From Stegostoma tigrinum (taxonomy: Eukaryota), in assembly GCF_030684315.1 (NCBI RefSeq), contig NC_081396.1, positions 1,922,001-1,986,000 on the forward strand: 64,000 nucleotides of DNA, written 5' to 3'. The position numbers and the translations under genes are program-made. Under the pieces are notes generated by a model that was not told where the DNA came from, ran no database searches, and was given only the letters and a program-made list of their open reading frames with translations. This document shows positions 36,866 through 50,329 of the stretch, one piece after another (the first letter of the stretch is position 1; each line of letters begins with the position of its first letter).

Positions 36866-39800
36866 TCAGAACATTAGTGAAAATGACAGTGTGCCAGGCA
36901 AGCAGTGAGATCAGTACTGGAACTGAAATGGTTCCCGAATTCGCGGTGATATTTGTTACTTTTCATTTAAACAAGTATCTATATCCATTATAAATATATT
37001 CTTGAAATAAATTAAAGCAGCTAGTTTAGGAAATGTAAAGCAAATATTTTTCTTCCCCTTTTCAGATGTCTCAAATTGCTTCACTGATGCAGCGAAAATA
37101 TGTTGCATAAAATGCCATAACCAGTAACATCTAATAACATTGGTGGCTGAACCTCAAACATTTTGTAGACATTGAGCATTTCCCCTGCAGCTGAATGTTA
37201 CCATTTCCAGAATGGCGAGTGATAGGCTCCGTGGTCCAGCAGTCCTTTAAAATATCCAGCAGAAAGTGAGATGTAAATCAGATGAGAATAACACTAACCA
37301 AATGACCAGATTCACTGACTGCTGATGGAAGAGTCAACATGATCACAGTAGTCTCAGTTACATGTGTTTCCCGCTTGCTGACTTGTCTGGAAATTAGTTT
37401 TATTTACGTGTCACGATAGTTTATTGAGTCTTTGCCAGTGGTTTACATCTGGGCATACCAGTAATATAAAGACTAACGGATTCACCTCCTCCTTCTGGTG
37501 ACATTTGAGAGAATCCAAATCTTATTGTGATCTCAATTTGCCTTGCACAACTTGACGGTGTTTTATCTCTTGAGCCGCTAACATCCTTGTGTGTGTAGGG
37601 TCATACACAGTGCCTTTAGCAAGGGAGTCCCAGAATTTTGACACAGCGGCACTGAAAAAACACATACTGTTCAAAGACAGCATGGTGCCTCACTTAGAGC
37701 GAAAGTTACAGTTGATATTGTCATTCTGAAGCTCGGGATTCTACACTGGATTTGGTTTATTCCCAGATCAATATCTCCGACTGATTTCCATTAGTCTCAC
37801 CATTGAGTCACTGCTATCTGTGACTGTGGCAAGTCTTCCCTTGTCCATCAATGAACTAACAAACTGACACTGACCTCCATTTCCCCAGAGTAATCTACAG
37901 TTCCTTCATCTTATAACAAATAATTCTGTTGTCACTGAACCAATGATTATAGAAAATCACTTCTCCCTGTAATGTTAAATGAATTTCAGGCATGGATCCT
38001 AACAGGTTTTGTATCGAAAATGTTGTTGTATTTCTTCCTGCTGTGCCTCATACTTATTTCCACTTGACATGAATACATTTAATCTTCAATTTTTGTATCT
38101 GCAAAGAAGGAGAACAGATGATGTATAATCGACATTTTTCGTTATTTATGATTTATTTGTTCACAGTTCCCTGGAACAGAGCGAAGGAAGAGGTGTCAAA
38201 CATCACAGTATGATTTGTAAAAAGTAGCCACTAGCAGTAGTTCATCATCTGCAGAGCACGAAGAACATTCTATAACCCAACCTGCCGGTATGAACTATTC
38301 AGGACTCTTTAGAGCTGCAGCAACCCTTTCCCTCTTCTCTGTTGCAGATTCTGTCACCGTTTGAAGATCATAGAGGATGAGGTTGTACGTGTCTACTCAT
38401 ATGAATTAACATGGGGTGTCTCAGTTTCAAAGATTCTTTTTATGAAAAATTAATAGGAGTGCAATCAGTTTTCAAAGAAACGCTTTTATTACGTAATTTT
38501 GTTTTGTAATATAGTGTCAAAGTCTTAATTTCACTGCCCGAGGTGCAGACACTGCAGAAACTATGGAAAAACTTCCGTGACTGTACTTCTTAAATAAGAG
38601 CTTTCAAAGGAGAATTTGTTAATGACTTGAAAGCGGATAATCTATGGTTCTATCAGCTCTACTTTAAGGTAAAGCACGTTAACGTCACTATTGAACATTG
38701 TGAGTTCAGAGAATTGCTCCCTGCAGAAACGGATTTGTTCCGTTGCTGGCACCAGAAATATTAACGCATTAACATTACAGAATAAATTCTTACATTTCAA
38801 CATTCTGTCTGCGAAATAATGTTTTAATCCTCTCATGGAATTTCAGCATAAATGAATAATTGATCGAACCCACCACAGATAATCAACCAAAATGGATGGA
38901 TTTGATGTTTGTTCCCCAACATAAGGGTGAATGGTATGATTCCGAAAGAACTGATCACCACGGGCTGCAACATAACAGTTTTTTTTCTCATTAGCAGTAT
39001 AGTCACGTATGAGGTTTAACCAAAGCATGATTATTCCTTATTCAAAACTATCCCCAATAGCACACTGCGCCAACTTGTAATCCAGTCAGTCAGGGCAATT
39101 TTTAATGGTCTCTCCAGAGACTGTTTTGCATTCGCCCCCAAAAAATGTTTTGGGGTCTGATATGAATCTTCCTCAAAATCTTTTCTTTGTGCGAATTGCT
39201 CACAATTTCCCTCACAAGTAGTGACAGAATGGACAGTTAACAGCAGTGTTGCCCATGCTACTGAGACGCATGTATGATAATTAAAATTGTAATATCTGAT
39301 GTCCTGCTATTTTATCACTGTCTTAATACGTTCCTGCCTTTCTCAGAATGACCAGAGTTGCTCCTTCTCATTGATTTGTGAATTTGTCTCCATTAGATTT
39401 TTCCATCATCTTTTTCTTCATTTTCCTATATGATGTTAACCTTTTCCTATTCGTCGCACAGTGACAAACGTGCCACAATAAAACTCTTGGACTTCCTCAG
39501 AAAATATGTTTCTTAGATTCTTACTTTTTGTAACCACCTCCCTCTGTGTTTCCGTGGAAAGTTTGACAATGATGAACGGTAATCCCAATCTCAAAGGAAC
39601 ATCACATCCAGTGTGTACAAGCCTGAGTGATGGCTGGTGCCTTCCACTGGGCTTTCTTTCCCAATTATCTGTCGGGCAAAGAAACCACACAGAGACATTT
39701 TTTCGGCGAAACTCGACAGGTCAGACAGCATTTCTGATGGGAAAGAGCATTTTTGTTTTTAAATCAGCACTTTTTTTCTATCTGCCTCTTTATTATTAGC

Positions 39801-42249
39801 ATGCAGCCATCGACTTTACAATTTAAAAAAAACACTTTTTCAGCTCTAATGCTACTCCCATTGACCTGTCCTGATGAAATAATTTGCTAAAACGCCTGTG
39901 CTTACTTTCGTTCTGTCACTTACCATCCATGTCGAATGCAGAATTGCTCCTTTTCATGTGTACCCGTTTATATGTTTATATCTGTTCTTTTTTCTCTCAG
40001 TGCATCAAACTTACATCTTTCACTCTCTTGGCTCCCATGTCTCATCTCTCTCATTTGACATTTCTGCTCTTTGTAAAGTCTGACATTCAGGGAAAGTTTG
40101 AGGTTGGCGCTGTTGAAATTTTTTTAAAACCTGACTGGTCTGTATCGAACTGGGCTCGCAATCCCAAGATAATATGCCCGTGGTAGGGACTGATGTGATG
40201 AGAGGTTATTTGCCACAAAGAGCAATGAATGTTTAGAAGCGCATATAGAAATTTTAATTCATCCCCAAAACAATTCCATCATAAGTGGGGGTTTATAATT
40301 ACATCATGGCTGTTGGTGTGAAATTAAGAAATAGTCACAACAGAGAAATAAAGATTTGAAACCAGGATCAACTGTCAGCTGGACAGGCACCATGTAAGGC
40401 ACAGCGCCGCAAGGTGGACTATTTATGCCCATCAAGATACCCATTGTCTTCGCAATTTGAAAAAAGTAACTCTGGGTTTTTCTGTTTCAATGTTGCTCAG
40501 TACGAATTCTCATCACCTTCTCTCTCTTCATGAACAGACAATACACAGATGAGCAGTCGACATTGAAAACTCGCAGAGAGACAATCGACTTTTGTATTGG
40601 TTTAAAAATGATATCTTCATCTGTTAAACTAAATGGTTAAAAGTGATGTGTGAGCAAATGTAAACAGCGGGCAGTAAACTCTGACCCATTAACATCTACA
40701 CTGAGCCTTGGAACACGAGCTCCACACTCACTTCCTGCCTCGTGCACAGTAGTCATCGTTCTCTTTCACTTTTGTTTTAGTCCATAAGTAACTGCTCAAG
40801 CCATAACTCCACTCGAAGTAGGAGCTAAGCATCGATGGAGTCAGTAGCACAATGGCTAACGTGTACCACCAGAAGAGTGGAGATTTGACGCTTCCTTGCC
40901 TCGCGTGCAATTCACAGATTTTCAACACTGTGAAACTAAGTTTCATCAATGCCTGAAGCAGAAATGAGGTTTGAATTCCTGATGAGGAGGAAATAAGCAT
41001 GATTTAAATATTTCATACAAGCAGCTGCTTGCTGTATTTCGGTTCGCCGTTCATTTTACGTCTCAGGTCAGCAGTCGTTCTCATTTTCTGAGATGGTATG
41101 TTACAGTCCACCAAAAGCTGCCTTGAGTTAGAAAAACAAAAACAAAAAAGAACATGTCTTTCAGGATGGGAAGCTGACCTGAATTAATGGCAGATGTGGC
41201 TAACTGTAAGCATTGCGGTCAATTTCTCTGTTAGTCCAGTAATGGTTCATGGTTTTCTCAGCCAGGGAATGGCAAAATACATGATCCTGTTGATAATTAC
41301 TGGTTATTTACATTTATTTCTGTTTTAAGTAAATACAGTCTAATGGTTGGAAGTAGAATTACGTCATGAACTCTAAGAAGTATTCCAGGTGTTCCAGTTC
41401 AACGCCAGGAGATCAGCTGTAATTTTTTGATGCATAATCAGTATAAACTAAAAACAGTCGACATATCAGGAAAAGTGAAGGACAATAGTGGTTTCTGAGA
41501 GGTGACTTCAGGCCTACTGCAGCCAGTGCCAGTCTTGGTGCTGAAAACTGTTTTTTTACTGTTTACTGTGGCACAGAGATTACTATGATTACTTCAGATA
41601 AAATGACTCCCTCTCGTTTAGTTTTGTTGGGGGGAAAGATATTTTTACTTGCTTGCAGGTTAGTTATGCAGCTTTACATTGACAGTATAAGACTTGGGAG
41701 CAAACGTAACCCATTCAAACCACCAAACAAGATCCACAATTCAATATGAGCACAGGTGATCCAATAATCCTCAACGCCACTATCCTGTTTTTTTTTTCCA
41801 TAGACCTGTAATTCTTTACTGATTTTTTAAAAGAAAAGTCTATTGCATCCCTTTTTATAGTTAACGGCTGAACATCTACAGACTACTGTGGTAAGGAACT
41901 CCACATATTCACAACTTTCAAGGAGGATAAATTCCTCCCCATCTTTCTCAAATCTGCGCAACCATATACTGAGAATCTGCCTTCTGTTCTAAAGCTATCG
42001 CAGAAGAGAAGACAGCCTCTGGGCATCAAATATGTCAAGCCCTCTAAGAATTCTGTGTGTTTCAATATGGAGCGGTGTTTATGTTGTAATGTGTCTAGTA
42101 TTCAGGAGCAACTGAGTACTCTGGAGCAGAGGAACATCCCTTTGGCTTTTAACGTGTATGTGAACTGCCCCTTGAATTTGTTTTCAAGCCTGCTGACAAG
42201 GTTGGTGCTGTTGTTTTCTGATCAACTGATCTCTACATTTCACATGTCG

Positions 42250-43780
42250 ATTGCCAGTTCTCAGATACTTTCTCCTATTTCCTCCTGGACCATGACCCCA
42301 CAGTGCAACATCAGGCTACCACCACCGAACACATTTCATCTGATGACCTGCCCAACACTGCTCCCAATATCAGAGTCTCTCAACAAAGCAAGGCTCATTT
42401 CTACCTCCTTATCAAAATGTGCAAACAGTCTCCCCGGGCAGTCCCGTCAATTCCACCTGCTCCTGTCCAACAGAACGTATTCCTGCCTTCTTCAACGCGC
42501 CTTTTCTCTCCCGTTGTCCAGTCGCTTCACTAATACATTTGTAATTCCTTCAACGTTTTATGTCAATTTCAGAATTTCCAGCGAGTGACGTTCAACCACC
42601 TCCTTTTTACCTTTGAATTGCAATCGATTAAAATATCAAATACTCATTATATCAGTCTCAAGGCTCTCCTCTTTTTTTTTGTCTGGAAAAGGGCCTGAAC
42701 CGTCCACATCAGCCATCACCCTCCTCTGTCTGGAGGAGCAAAACTTTAATTCTGAACAATTTCTATTTAAAGTTGCCTCGTTTACTGCAGGTAAAAGTTG
42801 TGGCCATGGGTACCTGCACAGGGGTCATTTATGCCTCTTCGTTTGTAGAATACATGGAAAATTTCTACTTACAGTTTTATTCATTTGCCATCCACAGACC
42901 TTTCTCCAGCATTTTGATTATGTATAGCTGTTGTTTCACTCTCTTGTCCATACTTGGAAAGGTTTGTCAGTTTTCCTTCTAATTTTCACACTCACTTTTT
43001 GATATCTTACTCCCAGTATCCTTTGCATCTATTGTGATAATGTGAACCTCGATAATAATGCGTAACAACAATCCACCTTCTTCTTGAAACAAATTTCCTC
43101 GCATAGGGCAGGCAGTTGTTTCTGCGTTATCTCCTACACTTCAGATCCGACGAAAGTTAAAGTGTTCCCCCTTGTCCTCATCAATCGTCTCACTAGTTTC
43201 ACATCCAGAGCATAATCCACTGTCATTGCCACCACATCCAGTGTGAAGGCACTACCAGGAAAAAAAAACCTGTTCTTCTCCCCTCCTTTGTTAGCTTTCT
43301 GCAAGAATGGTTTCATCTGTAACACAAAGTTCCACTTCTCCTTCACTCCCATCGCTCACTGCAGTACCACTGCACCTCCCCATGCAACTGCGGAAGGTGT
43401 AACACCTGTCCGTTTACTTCCATATTTCTCAAAATCCATGGGCCTAAACAGATCTTCCAGGCTGAAGCAACTATTTGTCTGTATTTCAATCAAAATAGTC
43501 TACTGCATTCACCCTTTCCTACATTGGGAAGATGAAATGTAGACTAAGGAGCTGCTTCACAACATATTTATGTTCTCTCTACAGATTGGATCTGAGATTG
43601 TCATTGTCTGCCCCTTCAACACGCCACCTTGCTGGTCAGGCAACATCTCTGTGCCAAGCTTGCTGTAGTGCACCTGCGATGCTCAACACAAACTGCGCGA
43701 AGAACAGTTTATTTGAGTTTTGAAAACTCTACTACCTTGTGAAATCAATATCGACTTGAACAATTTTTTGGCCTTCGGCT
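42250..43780 (+). mobile_element. Decayed Penelope-like element
   Basis: FYLLIKMCK, LQVKVVAMGT and IVYCIH motifs; paralogue of 6095-7835. Confidence 0.7.
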
Positions 43781-44475
43781 CCTTCACCGCCCTTTCACAC
43801 AATTCACACATCACTCCTTGTTGCAATGAATAAAGAAATTATGCAGCACAACTCGTCCACGCTGTACATAGCCTTGAAGTAAATACTTCCCGCCTGCCTG
43901 CCCTGGCCCATAAATCTCCATGTTCATTTGCTTTTCTAAGTGCCTTTTAAGCACTGTAATTGTGCCCACATCTACCACTTCCAATGCTAGGCACAAATAG
44001 TATTAATTAGAAGCTATTTATTCTCATTGGCTGACTGTTAACTACTTACTATTCTTTCAACTGCATTTGTCTCTCTTTGGTCTCCATATAAACCTTTAGT
44101 TTATTAATACCTTCTGCATTAAAACAACTGTTAACTTGCTACTATCAGTTCGGAACAAGCTCCACTGAAGCTGAAACATTAATTCTGCTTTTTCTTCACA
44201 GAAATGTCGAGAACTGTTGTGTTTTTTAGCAACTTCTGTTTTGGTGGACTATGTGAATTGCTCCCTAACGCATCTAATGATTTCATGTCTAATTCAAAAT
44301 TCTCAGCAATTCAGATACGGCAGTTTTGTTTTCACTGTTGCCACTGTTAGGATTTCCCAGTCATTTTAACGGTTATAACACAAATAACAAATCTCCGTTC
44401 CCTGGACAAAAATGACATTGAGTTTGTGAGCCTGAAAGTCCCGAATCAGAACCACGACACCCGCAGGGAAGACAC

Positions 44476-45174
44476 TGTAGAAGATAAAGTAATGGAAAGT
44501 AAGTAACATACCAGAATATCAAATAAGTCAATAGACCAGCAATTGCAAGTATACCAACATAAATATATGGGAAGTAAAGTGCCACACCAGCATGTTAGCA
44601 GAGATCAAAGGGCAGTAACAGCTAAGTGTTAGGTTAGCATAGATCAGACATCAGGCCGGATACAGGCCAGCAAATGTCAACAATTAAGTCAAGTAGCTGT
44701 GTAATGTCAACTGTTAGCCATGTAGTTCAGCTGCTAAAATAATAGTAGCATAATGTAACTAGGACGATCATTAAATCACGTGATCATGTAATTGTAGCTG
44801 TTCACACAATGGCGGCATAATAAAAGTTAAATCGTGTGAATGCTGAAGGCCACAATGATATGGCGTAATAGGCTAAGGGTAGGGTAAAAGACCATTGTGG
44901 CAGTCATGATTTGGAAGACGAATGGCTTTAGAGAGATAACGCGAACTAACACAATTGGTTTATTGCATGTTTGTAGAGAGATAACTCTAGTTGGCACAAT
45001 TCACCATGGTGATAACCTTAGAGGAGCATGACAACTGAAAGTTATATAACATGACAAACCCCGAGTGTCCAGGACAATCGGAAAACCACGTTCTGATTGT
45101 CACAGCCTTTGGTTGCAAAGAAAGGATTACTTTCCAGAAGAATTATCTACGTCTCCTGGTCATTCTGTATGACA
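44476..45174. mobile_element. Solo LTR (699 bp) with 4-bp TSD
   Basis: TGT...ACA termini flanked by ACAC at 44472-44475 and 45175-45178. The paralogous site in cassette A (~8545, gcagACACcttccagg) is empty. Confidence 0.85.
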
Positions 45175-47027
45175 ACACCTCCCAGGTTTTCATCCTTTCT
45201 GAATAAAACAGCCTTGACCTCTTTATCTCAAATTATTTTCACTAGATTTAGATTTCTCCACCAGGCTGATCCATTCGTCGTGGTTTGCTAACGTGGGAAA
45301 GGCCCTTCAGCCGATATTGTAAGTGCTAGTCATCAATGTCTATCTGTTCTCATTTCAATTTCCAGCATTTGGTCAATAGCCTAGAGCGCTCTGACATATG
45401 AAGTGCACATCTAAATAGTTATTCAATTGTTTGAGGGTTTCAGTGGAAAACAAAATCTCCTTCACCCAATGATCGGAATTTTCTGTGACCACTGGAACAT
45501 AAATCCACAATTTCGCATTTGAAGGCTGTTCTGCATGGCCAGACTTTTTCTCTGAGTTGTTTCTCATATTCCCTAATGTGTTGTCTATATATCAGAACGC
45601 CCCTGCAAAGCGCTGGGGAAATTCCATTTTAAATTCTACTAATGACATGAATGTCATTTTTTTTTTCTTGAGTAGAGTAATAGAAAGAAACTGAATAGAA
45701 TAGAAAGAATTTAGTGCAAAGTGCAATTAAAATGTCACCGCTGTGACATTACAAAAATCTAGTACAAGAAGACAAAGTTTTAAACAGTATTCTGACCAAG
45801 AAAAATAAAATCATCAAAATTCACTCAAATTATCGCCCTGTAATCTGAGAACATTCAAGCCAGGCTTCAGAGCTCGAGGGGTCGATGTCTCATTGCGCTG
45901 TCCTCCAGCCAAAGTCTCACCAGCAGAACTGATCTTCTCGATCTGGACTCGATGCAGACTCCCTTTGGTTCCAGTTTCCAGCCTGCGATTTCGCCACCAG
46001 TACACGTCTAAAGGAATTTTCTTCACGAAGACACCAGGCTCACAATAATTCCCACGCCAGGCTCAGATCCACGACTCGCCTCCAGGACTCGTCTGTCAGC
46101 CTGTCTGAGCTCGGAATACCTTTCGTGCTGCCCCCCTTTCCAGGCTTAACTCGGTTGTAGAACTTGCCTGTCGGACGGACCTAGCTTCGGACTTGCTCTT
46201 GCACCAGGGTCTGCCTGCAACTCGCCTCCGTAATTGTCCTTGTGCCCTGGCACGTTCTCTCACTCGTCTCCTGCACTCGTCTGAACTGAGGTTCGGCTCC
46301 TCATTTCTGCATTCCCTTTGGGTAAGTTTAAGAAGTTAAACGTTGATGGCAGAGAGTGGAAGAAAAACTACAGAATATAGAAGAGAAAATAAAGAAAAAT
46401 GACAAGGAACTAGCTAATCAGAGGAGTTCTGGCTGGATCGTCCGACTGTGCCACCATCTTGCACTGAAATCACGAATTACAGCAGGTATGCTTCCACTTT
46501 GCTTCCAAAGATTGGTCACTGCACTGTAAACGTTGTCTCTGCTTTTGTTCTGTTGCTGCAGTCAAACGAATTGCGTTTCTCCAGCAATTTCCGCTTTGTT
46601 TCAGAATTATGTAACGGATGGCTCTTTGTATTATGTTACCCTGATTTGCTGATGTCTATAAACAGTATAAAACACTTCTTATAGTTTTTTTTTATTTATT
46701 ATTTTTAATTGATTTGCCCCCAGAATCCACACCATCATGAAAAGCTGGAATAGATGGTAGAGAACATACAGGCAGTGAAAGACACCAAGTACGATGAATT
46801 GAACAGAATGACAAACGAGTTCACTGAGAAGGAAAAAGGAGAAAGTAATTCTATGCAACTGTCATTAATTGGAGCATAACTGTCATTGGCTCTGTCATGG
46901 CAGCAAATCCTGTTCCTGAAAAACTCCACTCAAGTACACAATAACTGATAGCTGACCCTGAAATGGGATAAAATGTTTAAAAAAAACCTACTGGTTTATT
47001 TTTCTGTTGTCATCTTATCCTAACATC

Positions 47028-47490
47028 ATGTGTTTCCCATGATTTTCCTCATTTTAATGGTCTTCCTGTCTGCTGAGTCTGCGATAAAACAGAATAATCA
47101 ATCCGGAATTACGTGACCTTTTTAAGTTTTCAATCATGTTCAGTTTGTGTTTCCGGGTTGGGTGATCAGGATTCAGTGTCTCAGGGCTCAACTAAATTCA
47201 TGTTTCTGGTAGCCCAGAGCATCATAATCGAGTGCTGTTGCACACAACTCTTCTATCTGCTACACAATCTAGATGAGGAAATCTCTAAGATACTTCCTGA
47301 AGATGTACATCAGGGAGGTTGAAGAGAAATCTTCAGATATAGTGTCAGGTTCTCTGCTGAATAAAACAAACACAAAAGACAAAACGGTTGTGGTACATAT
47401 CTTTGGGAACCTTCTATCTAACTGTGTGTTGCATTTCTGTGGCATGAAGTGCACATGAATGCACAGGCATGTCACTCATTTCCAAACACA
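47028..47490 (+). pseudogene. TCR V pseudogene (cassette B copy of 10587-11063)
   Basis: GLGDQDSVSQGSTKF...IIIEC...RYFLKMY...LLSNCVLHFCGMK, then CACATGA-23-CCAAACACA; splice sites are mutated. Confidence 0.75.
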
Positions 47491-47729
47491 TACCCCACTC
47501 ACATAACGAGAGTACTAGCACTGTCCAGCAGATGGTGCAGTCGTATTAACAAACAGAGGCAATAATTTCACCTCTGCAGAGACCTCCTTCGAGAAAAAAA
47601 ATCATAGAATTCCCACAGCGTGGATGCAGGTCATTCAGTACATCGAGTGTTCACCCATCCTTTGAATAGTATCCCAAAACAGACGCTGCCCCCGTGTTTT
47701 CCAGCAAAATCCGGATCGCCTCGACATCC

Positions 47730-48310
47730 CCGGGCACTGTGGTGAATTTGGCATTCCCAATCCACCTAACCTGCGCATCTGTGGACAATGGGTAAATGAG
47801 GAACACCCATAGGAAAACATGAGAATGGCCAGCTCCACACAGTCACCTCAGACTGGAATCGTACCTGGCCTTCTAGCTCTGTGAGGGAGCATCGAGTTAC
47901 CATAACACACAAAAAGGCATAACAACCAATGCAGCCAAAAAGGAAATTTGATTCTCACTGACGGGCTGGTATTGTTTAATTCCAACTCCTATGTTCATTG
48001 AAATCAACATTTGTAAATATGTACATAGAATGCAAATCATACATTCCCTGCATTGTCCAAGCAGGCCATTCATCCCATCACGTGATCAACACCTCTCCGA
48101 AGAGCATCCCAACGACACACAATCCCGTCCCTGTAACCCTACATTTCCCATAGTTAGTCCACCTAGACTCTACAACCCTGGACATAATGGGACAATTTAA
48201 CATGATACAACTAAATAACTTGTAGGCCTTTCAACTAAAGGAGGAAAACAGCACCATTGACGGAAAGCCACGCAGACAATTGTTAAATATCTAAAGTTCA
48301 CACAGGTTTA
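47730..48310 (-). mobile_element. Two decayed HE1/V-SINE-like shark SINEs
   Basis: Same motifs as 11290-11885. Confidence 0.6.
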
Positions 48311-49062
48311 ATCACTTTTTTTGTCTCTTAAAAGCATTTATCTGCATGTCTATAATATTGGGCAACCTTTCAGAATTTCCACTGTCAGTTTCACTGGGCA
48401 TTTAGTGTGGTGTGTTTATCGTTTTTATTCGATGCAAGTGTATTGTTAATTCGTCCACAGAGGATGCATAATGAGAATACTTCCTAAAGCATTGACGCTG
48501 ATCATTAAAACATCCCCAAAACATAGAGCACCCAGATGTCAAATGTTCTTTTGGATGTTCGTTCAGCATTGGCATATATGTGTTCTGTGCAGGAAGAATT
48601 CTTGGCAATCATTCACAGATCCCAGCAAAAAGACTCCCATACATAGTGAGTGGGTAATTTCCACTGGCTGTGGTCTTTCAGTATGCCAGCTCCATTTTGT
48701 ACTTGAAGCCCACAAATGCTGTCCTTTCAACAGCCGTGGGTCTCTGTAGAAATGGCAAAAATCACATTATGTGTCTCTGACGGGAAGCCAATCAAAGCCA
48801 AATCCACCAAAAAATTAGGTCTGATTAGCCACTGTGTAGCAATTAACTGAAGGTTTTCGTTGGCATTGCATCTCGACTTCTTTGATTTACATGTTTCAGA
48901 TTAAAGAGCAGACTGTCAGCTTTATTAAATTCCAGCCGGCCTATATTTATTCTTCTTTTTCTCTGAACACCAGAATGTGGAAGTAATGTCACAAACATCG
49001 ACTTTTAGGTCGAAAGTGATAGCCAACCAATCATATTTCGAGTTTGTAGCTGCTTGCTGCGA

Positions 49063-49140
49063 AGGAAATTACATCAGATATCTCTCAGCAAATGATCTCA
49101 AACTTGTCTCTCTCTTACATGATATGTGGAGATTTATGTA
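49063..49140 (+). promoter_or_regulatory. Putative V promoter: ETS-like GGAAA, decamer-like AATGATCTCA, TATA-like TTTATGTA
   Basis: AATGATCTCA at 49091-49100 is an 8/10 match to the TCR V decamer AGTGAYRTCA and lies ~80 bp upstream of the ATG. The same decamer and TATA-like motif are conserved in the paralogue at 12651-12707. Confidence 0.5.
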
Positions 49141-49175
49141 GTGTAAACAAATCCCGAGGAATCAGAGCAGCAGTG

Positions 49176-50290
49176 ATGCAGTTCTCAAACTTTATGGTAA
49201 TCTCATTGACTTTCATTGTCGGTAAGAAGTTTTACGTTGAAGAAAATTGTTCAATTTTATTAACACTTAGTGTGAACCAAACGGGTATTCTTTTCAATAG
49301 GTATAGACATTGGTTGCATTACATTTGAGCTGTTGTGAACCGATTTACTATATGTCTTAAAAGATGAAGAAGAAAGGAACACAAAGTGTAAAAAGAGTAA
49401 TTAGAGCAGTGATCCCAGTATTATGAGACAATCACTTTTGGATAATATGATCCAACTTGCGGTGTTTCATAAGAGTCAGAATAATGATGCAAAACAAAAC
49501 TTAAGCGAATCCTGTTTTAGCTTAAGATTATAGAACGCATTGGTGCAAGGGTTGTTAGAATTAGACCAGAACGTTATGAAGTGTGCGTCAGCTAGACAGA
49601 CGAAGACGAGATGGAAAGATGGAAATGCAGCTAAAAGTAAAACAGGGGATTACATGATTCTCGTTTGGGTTGCTAAAATGGGTAGTGGCCAGTTTTTTTT
49701 TCCAAAATAAGAACTTATGTCCAAGAGAAAAGGAAACAAGAATTGCTTGGGGAACTCTAAACGTCGGGCAGCATCATGGACAGAAACATAATTAAAACAA
49801 CTTGTGTTCCTCTAGCCAATTTCAGAATTATGTTCGCTGGCGAACGGTCCCCTTCTGTTTCATTTTCATTTTCATATTTAAATTCCTGTCTAGTATTATG
49901 TCTCAGTATTGTGAGTTTTTTTTCGTGACCGTTAGTTCGAACGTTCATCTGAAACTTTAGTCACTCATTAAATTTTTATTTTCCAGATCTAAGTAATGGA
50001 GTTTCTGTTACTCAGCGGCAGCCCGCACTCACACAAACAGAGGGAGAAGAAGTCACTTTCGCCTGCACATACACTGGGAATGTTTATTACTTGTTTTGGT
50101 ACCGCCAGTACCCTGGCAGACAGCCCGAGCTCGCAGTCCGGAAGTCAGAGAGCAGTGGTGCTGAGTTCAAGGCGGACTTTGCCCAGAAGCGGTTTTCTGA
50201 CACAATCCAGCAGTCAGACAAATCATACCAATTGACGATCTCGGGGCTGCTGTTGTCTGACACCGCTGTTTATTACTGCGCAGCGAGCCT
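49176..50290 (+). CDS. T-cell receptor alpha/delta V gene segment, apparently functional (leader exon 49176-49221, V exon 49987-50290)
   Basis: Leader MQFSNFMVISLTFIV+G|GTAAG and acceptor ttccAG. Spliced V reads DLSNGVSVTQRQPALTQTEGEEVTFACTYTGNVYYLFWYRQYPGRQPE...FAQKRFS...LTISGLLLSDTAVYYCAAS, with conserved Cys/Trp/Cys and no stops, followed by a 23-RSS. Alpha versus delta cannot be resolved here. Confidence 0.93.
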
Positions 50291-50329
50291 CACAGCGATG
50301 GGAACGAGCTTAAGGCTCGTACAATAACT
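50291..50329 (+). promoter_or_regulatory. 23-spacer recombination signal sequence
   Basis: CACAGCG + 23 nt + ACAATAACT directly after YYCAAS. Confidence 0.93.

Noticed and set aside
39457-39484. Cryptic 12-RSS CACAGTG-11/12-ACAATAAAA
   Set aside because: No adjacent coding segment or partner RSS; not conserved in cassettes A or C.
40728-41000. ORF ending DDYCARGRK (IgH-like YCAR), in the same frame as paralogous ORF 4689-5057
   Set aside because: No V-domain Cys/Trp spacing, no RSS, and the YCAR is not conserved in the paralogue; at most an unrecognisable remnant.
45840-46320. GC-rich, internally repetitive tract (paralogue ~9310-9700)
   Set aside because: No clear periodicity or conserved ORF by eye; probably an old decayed repeat.
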